64,000 nt of DNA, from the IMG/VR virus record IMGVR_UViG_3300042402_001868, positions 32,001 to 96,000 of that record. One strand, given 5' to 3'. Made by a program: the position numbers and the translations under genes. Below the pieces are notes generated by a model. It had not been told where the DNA came from. It worked only from the letters and a program-made list of their open reading frames with translations, and ran no database searches. The stretch is from a virus. Shown one piece after another: positions 19,688 through 30,120 of this stretch (positions are counted from its first letter, which is position 1; the number at the start of each line of letters is the position of its first letter).

Positions 19688-20514
19688 CCCAGGGTGTGCT
19701 AATATTTGCTTTCAACAACGAGGAAACTGATTACCTTGCAATGGCCGAATGGAGTGCTGATAATATTCGTCGTCATTTAAATCTTCCTGTTAGTGTGGTT
19801 ACCAATAACAAATACACAGGTACTGCATTTGATCGTGTGATACTTGCCGATGCTGAGTCAGGCGGCACACGTTATTTCGAGGACTACAACAGCACGGTAA
19901 CCTGGCACAATGCCGGACGTGTGGATGCATATAATCTAACACCTTATGCCCAAACCATTGTGCTTGATGCAGACTATGTTGTAGCCAGCAACAACTTAAA
20001 ACGCCTGTTAAATGCATCACAAGACTTCTTGTGTCATAGAATAGCATTTGACATGGCTGGACAAACAGACATGCGTGGTCTAAACTCATTTGGCAAATAC
20101 GACATGCCCATGTGGTGGGCCACTGTAATGATGTTCCGTAAGAGCAACACTGCACAGTACATCTTTGATTCTATGCAAATGGTGCGTGACAACTGGCAGC
20201 ACTATAGAGACTTATACAACATTGATCGTGCTACATACCGCAACGACTTTGCACTCAGCATTGCTTTAGGCATTGTGAGCGGGCACACAATGAAAGTGGA
20301 TGAAATACCCTGGGCTTTAGCCAGTGTTATGCCCAACACAAAATTATTAAGGAATCTGGATCTAGATTCGTACACGATAGAATACACTGATAGTGATCAA
20401 AAACTCAAGCACATGGGCTTTGAAGGCCTGGACTTTCATGCCATGGGTAAAAAACATCTAGGAGACATTGTTGAAACCGATCGCCGAACAAGGCTACCTG
20501 ATAGTAGCAATTAA
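19684..20514 (+). CDS. GT-A fold glycosyltransferase-like protein (GT8-like)
   Basis: DxD motif in TIVLDADY after LTPY, plus RNDFALSIA and a C-terminal H (DFHAMGK). Confidence 0.55.
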   Translation: MTQGVLIFAFNNEETDYLAMAEWSADNIRRHLNLPVSVVTNNKYTGTAFDRVILADAESGGTRYFEDYNSTVTWHNAGRVDAYNLTPYAQTIVLDADYVVASNNLKRLLNASQDFLCHRIAFDMAGQTDMRGLNSFGKYDMPMWWATVMMFRKSNTAQYIFDSMQMVRDNWQHYRDLYNIDRATYRNDFALSIALGIVSGHTMKVDEIPWALASVMPNTKLLRNLDLDSYTIEYTDSDQKLKHMGFEGLDFHAMGKKHLGDIVETDRRTRLPDSSN

Positions 20515-21256
20515 CACTCCAGGTACCAACTATGTAGGTTGTGCCGAGACGTTGGCTAAGACCATCAAGTACTGGCATCCAGATGCTGAAATTTGCTTGT
20601 TAACCAATGCCACAGATGCTAGTAATCCGCCATTGTTTGATTATGTGCGTGAGTTTCCTTATCCAGTAGACCTGGACAACCCTTGGGCAAACGACTGGCA
20701 AATATTTAAAGCAACCCCATTTCGTGAAACAATCAAACTAGAAGCAGACATGCTGATTACTAGCCCTATTGATCACTGGTGGACCTTGTTGCGCAATCGT
20801 GATGTGGTTGTTTCAACAGGTTGCAGAGATTGGCGAGACCAGCAGTCAGTAAGCAGATACTACCGCAAGGTGTTTGATGCCAATAACTTACCAGATGTGT
20901 ACAACGCCATCACATACTGGAGACTTAGCGAAACAGCCAAGGAATTCTTTGATACTGTGCGTGTGATATTTGAGAACTGGGCAGACTATCGTAAACTCAT
21001 AAAGTTTCCCGAAGATGTACCTTCGACTGATCTAGTGTATGCTATGGCAGCCAACGTCATTGGCTCAGAACGTTGTACCATGCCGTTCGCTGGCTATCCA
21101 CAGATTGTACACATGAAACGGCACCATGCAGGTAGTCAAACTGAATCATGGTTGGATGAGTTTGTGCTTGAATACCAAAACTATCTAGCTAGAATCAATA
21201 CCATTGCGCAGTGGGGAGCCTTACACTACAGAGTCAAGGAGTGGACACATGACTGA
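20468..21256 (+). CDS. GT-A fold glycosyltransferase-like protein, paralog of the preceding gene
   Basis: TPFRETIKLEADM aligns with TPYAQTIVLDADY; also STDLVYAMA and IVHMK. GGAG SD upstream. Confidence 0.5.
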   Translation: MLKPIAEQGYLIVAINTPGTNYVGCAETLAKTIKYWHPDAEICLLTNATDASNPPLFDYVREFPYPVDLDNPWANDWQIFKATPFRETIKLEADMLITSPIDHWWTLLRNRDVVVSTGCRDWRDQQSVSRYYRKVFDANNLPDVYNAITYWRLSETAKEFFDTVRVIFENWADYRKLIKFPEDVPSTDLVYAMAANVIGSERCTMPFAGYPQIVHMKRHHAGSQTESWLDEFVLEYQNYLARINTIAQWGALHYRVKEWTHD

Positions 21257-21590
21257 TGAAGAATTTTGGCAAGTTCTAAGAGACATGCCCGAACCCAAGC
21301 CTGTATTCTATCGACTGTATTACAACGAACAAGGCGAGCCCTTATTCTACAGCATGGAAGATGTTCCAGGTACATACTTGACCATTGATGCAGATGCATT
21401 TACTCGTAGTGCAACCAATGTTGTGGTGCAGGATGGCCAACTGTTTGAAATTGTCAACACCACCACTGTTAAATTATACCCCGGCGATACGGGCACACCA
21501 TGCCACCCCGATGATGTGTGCATAGTAGTACCTGAAACACACGAACACCAAAGATGGAGCAAACAAAGACATGGCCTTAAACCAAATTGA
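21249..21590 (+). CDS. Hypothetical protein
   Basis: ATG at 21249 (MTDEEF...) overlaps the upstream gene end; tightly packed in the operon. Confidence 0.6.
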   Translation: MTDEEFWQVLRDMPEPKPVFYRLYYNEQGEPLFYSMEDVPGTYLTIDADAFTRSATNVVVQDGQLFEIVNTTTVKLYPGDTGTPCHPDDVCIVVPETHEHQRWSKQRHGLKPN

Positions 21591-22503
21591 TGTAGCAGAT
21601 CTAGACTGCATTTACTTGACTTATGATGAACCACAGAAAGAAGAATTCTGGGTAAAGATACGCAACATGGTACCCTGGGCCAAACGTGTGGATGGAGTCA
21701 AGGGATCGGATGCCGCACACAAGGCAGCCGCTGCCGCTAGCGATACAGAACGGTTTATATTGATTGACGGCGACAACATGCCCGATCCAGAGTTTTTCAA
21801 TCAAACCATAACATTTCCCACAGCAGATTATGAACAAGCTGTGTTTCGCTGGAGAGCTCGCAATCATATCAATGGACTCATGTACGGCAATGGCGGTTTG
21901 AGCTCATGGACACGTGAATTTGTCAACAACATGCGCACACACGAAGCCACAGATGGGCGCACAGAAACCGAAGTAGAGTTTTGTTTTGATCCATTGTACT
22001 GGCCCATGTACGACTGCTATTCAACAACATATCCCAACGGTGATGCATTCCACGCCTGGCGTGCCGGCTTTCGTGAAGGTGTGAAGATGTGCCTAAACAA
22101 AGGCGCCAAGCCCACAGTGGAAGACTTCAAAGAACAAGCACACCGAAAGAATCTAGAGAACTTGACCATCTGGCACAACGTGGGCACAGATGTTGAGTAT
22201 GGTGAATGGGCCATTGCCGGAGCACGACAAGGCACCTACATGACCATGCTCACAAACTGGGATCATAAACAAGTACAATGGTTTGATGCGCTAGAAGAAT
22301 TATGGGCCACAGTTAAAGATAGCCAGCCAAGACTGATCAGCAACCAACTTGGTGTTGATCTAGGCACACAGTTAGATCTACCCATGGCCATACTAGAACA
22401 AGAACAAAGTGCATTCTTCAAACGTCACTATCGTAGCAATTGGCACAACCAAGGCGTCATGGTCAGAGAAATTGATGTGATACGCCGTCAAGAAGGTTGG
22501 TAA
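21571..22503 (+). CDS. Glycosyltransferase-like protein (GT-A, DxD)
   Basis: Motifs YDEP, GVKGSDAAH, FILIDGDN and AWRAGFREGVKM. Homologous to the C-terminal domain of 44317..47928. Confidence 0.5.
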   Translation: MALNQIDVADLDCIYLTYDEPQKEEFWVKIRNMVPWAKRVDGVKGSDAAHKAAAAASDTERFILIDGDNMPDPEFFNQTITFPTADYEQAVFRWRARNHINGLMYGNGGLSSWTREFVNNMRTHEATDGRTETEVEFCFDPLYWPMYDCYSTTYPNGDAFHAWRAGFREGVKMCLNKGAKPTVEDFKEQAHRKNLENLTIWHNVGTDVEYGEWAIAGARQGTYMTMLTNWDHKQVQWFDALEELWATVKDSQPRLISNQLGVDLGTQLDLPMAILEQEQSAFFKRHYRSNWHNQGVMVREIDVIRRQEGW

Positions 22504-23888
22504 TGAGCAAAGGTGATCAGAGCCGATTCATGACATCGGCAGAGCAAATGAAACAGGATCTTGGTCCTGCACTATGCTTGGCAAAATGGAAACAGGTTAG
22601 TTTTCACTTGCCCACAGGACTGAACAATAGCTGTTATCACCCGCCCTTGCATCAGATCAACGCAGATGATCTTGCTCGCACAGGTGGCCTACACAACACT
22701 GCACATAAAAAACAACAGCGTGTGATGATGTTGCAAGGTGAAAAGCCCGCAGAGTGTCAGTACTGCTGGAACATGGAAAGCCTGGACAAGCTGAGTGATC
22801 GTCATTATAGATCAGGAGAACCCTGGGCAGCCGTGGACCTTGAACGCATAAAGAACTACTCGGGACAGGAAGATGATGTTGTGCCTAGTTATGTAGAAGT
22901 CAATTTCAATCATGCCTGTAATCTAAAGTGTAGCTATTGTAGTCCACAGTTTAGTTCAAGTTGGGGCGATGAAATAGAACGGCAGGGTGCTTATCCTACA
23001 TCAAAGCCGCACAATGCTCCTGAACACTTTGTGGGCAATCGTAAGCCTATTCCTGCTCGCGAAGCCAATCCTTATGTGGATGCATTTTGGGAATGGTGGC
23101 CCACGCTGTATCCACAACTAGAACACTTCCGTATGACTGGCGGCGAACCTTTAATGGACCGGAACACCTACAGAGTATTTGACTATGTGTTAGAGAATGA
23201 CAATCCCAAACTACATTTAAATGTAACATCAAACTTTTCAGTAGAAGACGCATTGTTTGAAAAGTACATGGATTATGCAAAAAAACTATGCACACCACGT
23301 ATTGAACACTTCATGCAGTATGTTAGTTTGGATTCAGGTATTGCCGCTCAGGCAGAGTACATACGCCACGGATTGGACTATGCACGTATGGCTCGTAATG
23401 TTGAAAGATTTCTTCATGAGATACCGCATCGTAACAGTCTGACATTTATCATCACCATGAACAATCTTGGTGTCACTGGATTACCGGCATTTCTAGAGTG
23501 GATATTAGAACTACGTAAAAAATATTCAACAACATATCAGCGTGTGTGGTTTGACACTCCTGTGCTTAGAGAACCTGCTTGGCAAAGCCTACAACTCTTG
23601 CCCGAAAGCTATGCTATACAACTGGAACGAGCAAGAGACTTCATGCTGGCCAACATGGTTACAGAAGAAAATTCATTGCATGGATTTAAAGACTACGAAG
23701 TACAACGACTAGAGCGTGACATTGCTTGGATGCGTGAAGGACAGAGTCAAAACTTGTCAGCGGCCAAAGCTGACTTTTATAGATTTTTCAACGAGCACGA
23801 CCGTCGTAGAGATACTAACTTCCTGAAAACGTTTCCTGAAATGCGCTCCTGGTGGGCAGAATGTGAGTACCATGCTAGGAACACATAA
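22503..23888 (+). CDS. Radical SAM protein with N-terminal twitch-like domain
   Basis: CNLKCSYC and TGGEP; N-terminal CLAKW..SCYH..CQYCW. Confidence 0.85.
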   Translation: MSKGDQSRFMTSAEQMKQDLGPALCLAKWKQVSFHLPTGLNNSCYHPPLHQINADDLARTGGLHNTAHKKQQRVMMLQGEKPAECQYCWNMESLDKLSDRHYRSGEPWAAVDLERIKNYSGQEDDVVPSYVEVNFNHACNLKCSYCSPQFSSSWGDEIERQGAYPTSKPHNAPEHFVGNRKPIPAREANPYVDAFWEWWPTLYPQLEHFRMTGGEPLMDRNTYRVFDYVLENDNPKLHLNVTSNFSVEDALFEKYMDYAKKLCTPRIEHFMQYVSLDSGIAAQAEYIRHGLDYARMARNVERFLHEIPHRNSLTFIITMNNLGVTGLPAFLEWILELRKKYSTTYQRVWFDTPVLREPAWQSLQLLPESYAIQLERARDFMLANMVTEENSLHGFKDYEVQRLERDIAWMREGQSQNLSAAKADFYRFFNEHDRRRDTNFLKTFPEMRSWWAECEYHARNT

Positions 23889-24996
23889 GATTGTTGTCGA
23901 CGAATGGTCCGAAGTGTGGGACCTGCTCAAACCCTATGCAGATGAATCGTTTTGGCAACTACCTGATTTAAATCCTGAAAACATTTACATTGTTGGCCGT
24001 TTGCTGTTAAAAGACAACTGGACAACAATAACCACCTGGGCCACAGAACATCCAGGACGAATTGTGTTTTGCAATCCAGCAGAAGGCAGCGAAACAGTGT
24101 TGCTACAGCTACGTCGGTTGCGAATTGCAGATCATGTGCGTGATGGTCGCATATTGTTAATGACATCTGGTGACCTAGAACCTGGATGGAATCATTTCAG
24201 TACAGATTGTTACTTTTCAAACATTGTTGAATACCAGGAAAACAGGTCAGCACAGATACAAGCATTGTGGGAGTACTCTGATCAACGACCCTACGAGTTT
24301 TTGTTTTTAAATGGCCGCTTACGACCGCACCGTAAATGCTTAATTGACGGTCTTCGTGAGCGCAAACTGCTGGATCATGCATTGTGGTCCAATCTAGGCA
24401 GCCAAGTAGAAATGGAATTTACATCCAAGCTCGAGCCTGACAAACAAGAGTCCATAAGACTATTGCCTCCTGATTATGAAATAGAACGTGCTGTGACACA
24501 ATTAAATACTGTGAGCACATCGGGTTTTGTCAAGCATGAGCTGTTTGGTAACACCTGGGGAGATGCCATAGTCAATCATCGTTGCTATACAGACACCTGG
24601 TTCAGTTTAGTGTCTGAAACCATATTTGATTATCCATATTCATTTAGAACAGAAAAGATCTACAAGCCCATTTTAATGGCACACCCGTTTGTGGTTGCTG
24701 CCAATTGTGGCTACTTACGAGATCTACAAAACGCAGGCTTCCAAACATTTGACAGTATCATAGATGAATCGTACGACCAAATTGATTGCCCACATGCCAG
24801 GATCAAGCGTATAATAGAAACAGTGCGTTATCTTGTGAAGGGCGGCCCCGAACATTTCTGGGAGGCCAGCCGCGCCATCTGTAAATACAATCAGCAACAT
24901 CTTGTGGAGTACAATCTCGAACAACGTGCTCGACTTCCATTACTATTAGAGCAATTTTTAAATGAACGATCTAGAATTTCGTCAACAACAACTTGA
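23872..24996 (+). CDS. Putative glycosyltransferase (GT10/GT-B-like 'ET..TEK' family), copy 1
   Basis: FSLVSET...RTEKIYKPILMAHPFVV...GFQTFD..IDESYD. Confidence 0.45.
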   Translation: MLGTHKIVVDEWSEVWDLLKPYADESFWQLPDLNPENIYIVGRLLLKDNWTTITTWATEHPGRIVFCNPAEGSETVLLQLRRLRIADHVRDGRILLMTSGDLEPGWNHFSTDCYFSNIVEYQENRSAQIQALWEYSDQRPYEFLFLNGRLRPHRKCLIDGLRERKLLDHALWSNLGSQVEMEFTSKLEPDKQESIRLLPPDYEIERAVTQLNTVSTSGFVKHELFGNTWGDAIVNHRCYTDTWFSLVSETIFDYPYSFRTEKIYKPILMAHPFVVAANCGYLRDLQNAGFQTFDSIIDESYDQIDCPHARIKRIIETVRYLVKGGPEHFWEASRAICKYNQQHLVEYNLEQRARLPLLLEQFLNERSRISSTTT

Positions 24997-26296
24997 CACC
25001 AAGTCAGCTAGCTTTTGTGCCGCTAAATGGTACAATGCTACCATATGGCTGGGCTCAGGGCAGACCACAAGCTGCCACCATCCTCCAGCACATCACGTTA
25101 CTGAAAAAGAAGTAATTATTAATCCTGCTGCCTTGCACAACACACGACAAAAACGTGATGACCGTGCAAAAATGCTAGCAGGCGAACGTCCAGCAGGCTG
25201 TGAATACTGCTGGAAGATTGAAGACATGGGCCGCGACGCCATCAGTGACCGTGTGTATAAATCACGAATATATCCTATAGAATCATTAAATGAAGCATTT
25301 AACACACCTGTACATGAAGATGTCAACCTACGCACCTTGGAAATTGCTTTTGATCGCACTTGTCAGCTTGCTTGCAGTTATTGTAATCCTGCATTTTCAA
25401 GCACCTGGGTCAATGACATCAAGCGAAATGGACCTTATGTCAAGCTGGAGTCAGATGGTCGTAACCACTTTACTCATGAGCATAATAGTGCTCAACTTTA
25501 TAAATTCGGTGAGGATAATCCTTATGTCAACGCCTTCTTTGAATGGTGGGAAACAGACCTCCATCGAACCTTACAAGAACTAAGAATCACAGGCGGAGAG
25601 CCACTAATGTCAGGCTACACCTGGAAGCTGATTGACTGGTTCAAATTGAATCAAGGCAAGTCCAATACAAAACTGGCTATTAACTCAAATCTCAGTTTTG
25701 AAACTGAAAAACTCCAGGAGTTTATTGATGCCATCAGCTCACTTCCACATGTGGAACTGTACACCAGCATGGAAGCCACAGGTGCATCAGCAGAGTACAT
25801 ACGTGATGGCCTGGACTATGCACAATGGCTGTCAAATGTAAATTTGTTGTTGCAGAGTAACACAGTAAAAGCACTACACGTGATGTGTACAATCAATGCT
25901 CTGTGCTTGACCACACTGCCTGCACTGCTGGATCAACTGCTGGAACTAAAACGCACATACGGCCGCGAGCGGGTGAACTTTACGTTAAATATATTGCGAT
26001 TTCCTAGCTTTCAATCAGCCTTGGTTTTACCTGACGACCTACGCAATCAATTCCGCAATGATCTGGCTACGTGGCTTGCAACCAATATCACCAATCCTTT
26101 ACTGCAAGAACACGAAGTAAATCACACGCAGAGATTAATAGACTATTTGGATGTGGTCAAAACTCCACACTCAGACACATTTGAAATGCCCAAGTTACAC
26201 AATGACTTCAGTGAATTTTACACACAGTACGATGTACGTAGAAACAAAAACTTTGAACTGACATTTCCCAAATTAAAGAAACTCTTAAACAAATGA
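24962..26296 (+). CDS. Radical SAM protein with N-terminal twitch-like domain
   Basis: CQLACSYC and TGGEP; N-terminal CAAKW..SCHH..CEYCW. Paralog of 22503..23888. Confidence 0.85.
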   Translation: MNDLEFRQQQLDTKSASFCAAKWYNATIWLGSGQTTSCHHPPAHHVTEKEVIINPAALHNTRQKRDDRAKMLAGERPAGCEYCWKIEDMGRDAISDRVYKSRIYPIESLNEAFNTPVHEDVNLRTLEIAFDRTCQLACSYCNPAFSSTWVNDIKRNGPYVKLESDGRNHFTHEHNSAQLYKFGEDNPYVNAFFEWWETDLHRTLQELRITGGEPLMSGYTWKLIDWFKLNQGKSNTKLAINSNLSFETEKLQEFIDAISSLPHVELYTSMEATGASAEYIRDGLDYAQWLSNVNLLLQSNTVKALHVMCTINALCLTTLPALLDQLLELKRTYGRERVNFTLNILRFPSFQSALVLPDDLRNQFRNDLATWLATNITNPLLQEHEVNHTQRLIDYLDVVKTPHSDTFEMPKLHNDFSEFYTQYDVRRNKNFELTFPKLKKLLNK

Positions 26297-27981
26297 CACT
26301 AGATGAACTAAAAAAACAATACGATGTTGTTGGCGTAATTGATTTATCAGCTTGGACTAACAACTACGAGAACAGTACTCAGTGGCTGCGCAAACAATGC
26401 GAAGCTGTGTACCAAGCGGCCTACGCAGAAAATCAACGCATTGTATTTGTACATTCACATGATTACTATATAAAGAACGCCCACTCGGCAGGAATCATTT
26501 TAAAGAACATACAAGTGGCATTAAATGAAACTGATATTTCAAATTACTTTGCTGTGGTTCTTAGTACAAATCCCAATATTGAACAAGAAGTAGCCTATAT
26601 CAATTCACAGAGCTCTGATCCTGTGCCTGTAAAATTTGAATACATGTTGGGAAAATTTTCTACAACAGAGTTGCCCCAGCATCCTTACAGTAGAAAAGAA
26701 CAGTATCAATATGGATCAGCTAACCCTATTAAAATCAGCTTGAACGAAGTCAGTAATCAAGACAAGTTTTTACTCAGCGAAAGCAAAAACTTCTGTATAT
26801 ACCCTTGGATTCACATGCACGCCTGGCCCACAGGCGAGGCATATCCTTGCTGCCATGCCACCCATTCACCTGTTTATGGCAACACACGCAAAGAAACTCT
26901 GTTAGATGTATGGAATGGCACACGCATGCGACAACTCAGACAAGACATGTTAAACAACACTGCCAATGAAACTTGCCGTAAGTGTCACGAGCAAGAAGAT
27001 TCAGGATTCTTTTCAGGGCGACAAAGTGCCAACAAGCATCACGGGCACCATATTGATCGTGTGCATAGAACCCAGCCCAATGGCACATTTGATGAGTTTG
27101 AAATGACTTACTGGGACATTCGTTTCAGTAATCTTTGCAATTTAAGTTGCCGCAGTTGTGGACATATTTTTAGCTCAAGCTGGTATCAAGACCAAGCCAA
27201 ATTAGCCGGCGGCGATTGGAAGCAAAAAAATCCTGTGCTTAATTATGCTGGACGTACTGAAACTGACATGTGGGAACAGTTGATTCCTCACCTGGACTAC
27301 GTAGAACAGATTTACTTTGCTGGCGGTGAGCCGTTATTAATGGAAGAACACTATCGCATCTTAGACGAGTTAGTAAAACGCAAAAGATTTGATGTACGAT
27401 TGATATATAACACAAACTTCACACATACTGATTTAAAAGGTAATAGTGTATTTGAATATTGGAAACAATTTGATAGTGTGGCAGTGGGCGCAAGTTTAGA
27501 TGCAAGTGGCGCACGTGGTGAATACATACGCAAAGGCACAGACTGGGCAGTGGTAGAACAAAACCGCAGAGACATGCTGGCAATTTGTCCAGGGGTAGAC
27601 TTTTATATTTCTCCCACACTCAGCATTATGAATGCTCTACACCTACCGGACTTTCACAGAGATTGGGTGGAAAAAGGACTGTTAAAACCACAGGATCTAA
27701 ATGTAAATATATTGCAGGATCCTGTGCAATATAGACTGGACATTGCCCCATTGGCCTACAAGCAACAGGTCAAACAAAAGTTTGAAGAACACCTGGAGTG
27801 GTTGCGGGTGCAAGATCCCTTGCACAGAGCCACAGTGGGCTTTGAGTCAGCAATCAACTACATGATGAGCACCGACAACACACACCTGATTCCTAAATTT
27901 TGGAGCACAACTGATCGATTAGATGAAATTAGACGAGAAAACATCTTGGACGTGATTCCAGAATTAACGGCATTAAAATGA
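26293..27981 (+). CDS. Radical SAM protein with twitch-like domain and extra ~160-aa N-terminal domain
   Basis: CNLSCRSC and AGGEP; CIYPW..PCC..CRKC upstream of the core. Confidence 0.85.
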   Translation: MTLDELKKQYDVVGVIDLSAWTNNYENSTQWLRKQCEAVYQAAYAENQRIVFVHSHDYYIKNAHSAGIILKNIQVALNETDISNYFAVVLSTNPNIEQEVAYINSQSSDPVPVKFEYMLGKFSTTELPQHPYSRKEQYQYGSANPIKISLNEVSNQDKFLLSESKNFCIYPWIHMHAWPTGEAYPCCHATHSPVYGNTRKETLLDVWNGTRMRQLRQDMLNNTANETCRKCHEQEDSGFFSGRQSANKHHGHHIDRVHRTQPNGTFDEFEMTYWDIRFSNLCNLSCRSCGHIFSSSWYQDQAKLAGGDWKQKNPVLNYAGRTETDMWEQLIPHLDYVEQIYFAGGEPLLMEEHYRILDELVKRKRFDVRLIYNTNFTHTDLKGNSVFEYWKQFDSVAVGASLDASGARGEYIRKGTDWAVVEQNRRDMLAICPGVDFYISPTLSIMNALHLPDFHRDWVEKGLLKPQDLNVNILQDPVQYRLDIAPLAYKQQVKQKFEEHLEWLRVQDPLHRATVGFESAINYMMSTDNTHLIPKFWSTTDRLDEIRRENILDVIPELTALK

Positions 27982-29192
27982 ACATACCACACGATAAATT
28001 TTGCGTTTTGCCTTGGGTCAGCTTAGAAGCCAGTCCCATTGGTACAGTACGCCCTTGTTGTTTAGCTGATGATGAAATAGTTGACAACACAGGCAACAAG
28101 TTTGAACTCAGCACAGCTAACTTTGGGGACATACAAAATAGCAATCACATGCGTGAATTGCGACAACAGTTTCTAGCAGGAGAAAAACCGCAAACATGCC
28201 GCAAGTGCTGGAATGAAGAACGTAGCAATCGCACCAGCAAACGCATGCACACACTTAACAGACTCAAACATGTGTTGCCTGAAGGTGAATGGACTGCTGA
28301 CGCTAAACCTCTAATGTTCCTGGATCTCAAGCTGGGCAATATCTGCAATTTAAAATGCCGCATTTGCGGATCCTGGTCCAGTTCTCAGTTTGCCACAGAA
28401 GAACTAAACCAATTGCGTGGCGAAGACAAAAAAGCCAGCTTTCATTATCAGATGTTAAAACAAGGTGCCTGGCCTAAAGAAAACCTATCATTCTGGGATC
28501 AAATTGATCATATGCTAACGGACATTCGTTACATTGAATTTACTGGTGGCGAACCATTCATGATTGAAGAACACTTTGACATGCTACAGGGCATTGTTGA
28601 CCGTGGTATTGCAAATCAAGTTGAAATACACTACAACACAAATGGTACACAATTCCCCGAAAAGGCTCCAGCTATTTGGAAACATTTTAAAACAGTAGAA
28701 ATAGCATTTTCAATTGATGACATAGGAGATCGCTTTGAATATCAACGCACTAATGCTGTGTGGGCGGATGTGGTGTTCAATATTGATCGTTTCCGTTTAC
28801 TCCGGGAAGACTATCCAAATATTCAACTACAGATCTGCACCACTGTGAACGTGTTTAATGTACGTTATCTAGGCGAAGTTGCTGCCTGGATAGAACGCAA
28901 CCGTAACGCATTTAACTTTGTGTACTGGAACATGATGCACGACGCCTGGTACTTCTCTATTGCCACCTTGCCAGACACAGCCAAAACAGCCATTACAGAA
29001 TACTTAGACTCAGTTGAAACCATTTACCGAGATGAATTTGATCGCATAAGAGACTTTATGAATCGTGGCGCTTCAACAGATGGTGGCATACTGCGTATGC
29101 GTGTGCGAGATCTAGATCGTAAACGTGAACAAGATTTATCAGTTGTAGAACCTGAATTTGCCGCACTGATTAACTACACCTATGCCACTTAA
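27978..29192 (+). CDS. Radical SAM protein with N-terminal twitch-like domain
   Basis: CNLKCRIC and TGGEP; CVLPW..PCC..CRKCW. Confidence 0.85.
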   Translation: MNIPHDKFCVLPWVSLEASPIGTVRPCCLADDEIVDNTGNKFELSTANFGDIQNSNHMRELRQQFLAGEKPQTCRKCWNEERSNRTSKRMHTLNRLKHVLPEGEWTADAKPLMFLDLKLGNICNLKCRICGSWSSSQFATEELNQLRGEDKKASFHYQMLKQGAWPKENLSFWDQIDHMLTDIRYIEFTGGEPFMIEEHFDMLQGIVDRGIANQVEIHYNTNGTQFPEKAPAIWKHFKTVEIAFSIDDIGDRFEYQRTNAVWADVVFNIDRFRLLREDYPNIQLQICTTVNVFNVRYLGEVAAWIERNRNAFNFVYWNMMHDAWYFSIATLPDTAKTAITEYLDSVETIYRDEFDRIRDFMNRGASTDGGILRMRVRDLDRKREQDLSVVEPEFAALINYTYAT

Positions 29193-30120
29193 ACTGCTGT
29201 TGCATAACAATGATCGTAATTCGTTTTCTCATGGACACATTCAGTCATTGTTGCGACAGTATTTTGACATTGTGATCTGGCAGCCAAATACCATGTACAG
29301 TCAAGATCATGTGTTGGTAGTAGATTCATTTAAACTACATCGTGTTGATCCTAATTATTGGTACATATCTTATCTCAGAGATGGATACAAAGTACTGGTA
29401 GATAATATGTGGGAAATACCAAATTTTATAAACACTCATTTCCCCAAGGATGACCCTGGTTACCACGTGATGCAAAACACCAATTGGTTTTGGTACAACG
29501 AATCCTTGATGTATACCCAACAAGGATTTGATCAATATCAGCCAAATAAAACATATGATCGCCTGGCTCTCATGCCCATGCGCATTGGTCGCGGTCACCG
29601 CCGTGATCTTGTGATTGAACTAAGTAGTGTTCTGGACAATTTAATCTGGAGTTTGAATTCACATGGCCGTCAATTGCCCGACGATTTACCACAAGACCAT
29701 CCAGACTATCAGAGACATTTCAATCCTACCTGGTATGACCGCACACATTTCAGCATAGTGGCAGAAAGTCAAATTAGCAATCCAGAAATGTTTGTTACAG
29801 AAAAAATATTCAAACCCATGGCATTTTATCATCCATTTGTTGTGATGGGACAATCGGGGATATTGAATTACCTGCACACACAAGGATTTGAAACATTTAA
29901 CAATCTATTTGATGAAAATTATGACACCATTGCAGACTATTACACTAGGTTATTGGCAGTAACAGATGCAGTTAAACGCTATGCTTGTGTGCCTTATGAT
30001 ACATTAACACAACAAAAACTCGCGCACAATCACAATCGTTTCTTTGATCAAACTTTAGTAAGTACAATGTTCGTCAGAGAAATTATTGACCCTATTAAAG
30101 AATATGTTGAATCATTATGA
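29182..30120 (+). CDS. Putative glycosyltransferase ('ES..TEK' family), copy 2
   Basis: FSIVAES...VTEKIFKPMAFYHPFVV.G..G...GFETF..LFDENYD. Confidence 0.45.
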   Translation: MPLKLLLHNNDRNSFSHGHIQSLLRQYFDIVIWQPNTMYSQDHVLVVDSFKLHRVDPNYWYISYLRDGYKVLVDNMWEIPNFINTHFPKDDPGYHVMQNTNWFWYNESLMYTQQGFDQYQPNKTYDRLALMPMRIGRGHRRDLVIELSSVLDNLIWSLNSHGRQLPDDLPQDHPDYQRHFNPTWYDRTHFSIVAESQISNPEMFVTEKIFKPMAFYHPFVVMGQSGILNYLHTQGFETFNNLFDENYDTIADYYTRLLAVTDAVKRYACVPYDTLTQQKLAHNHNRFFDQTLVSTMFVREIIDPIKEYVESL

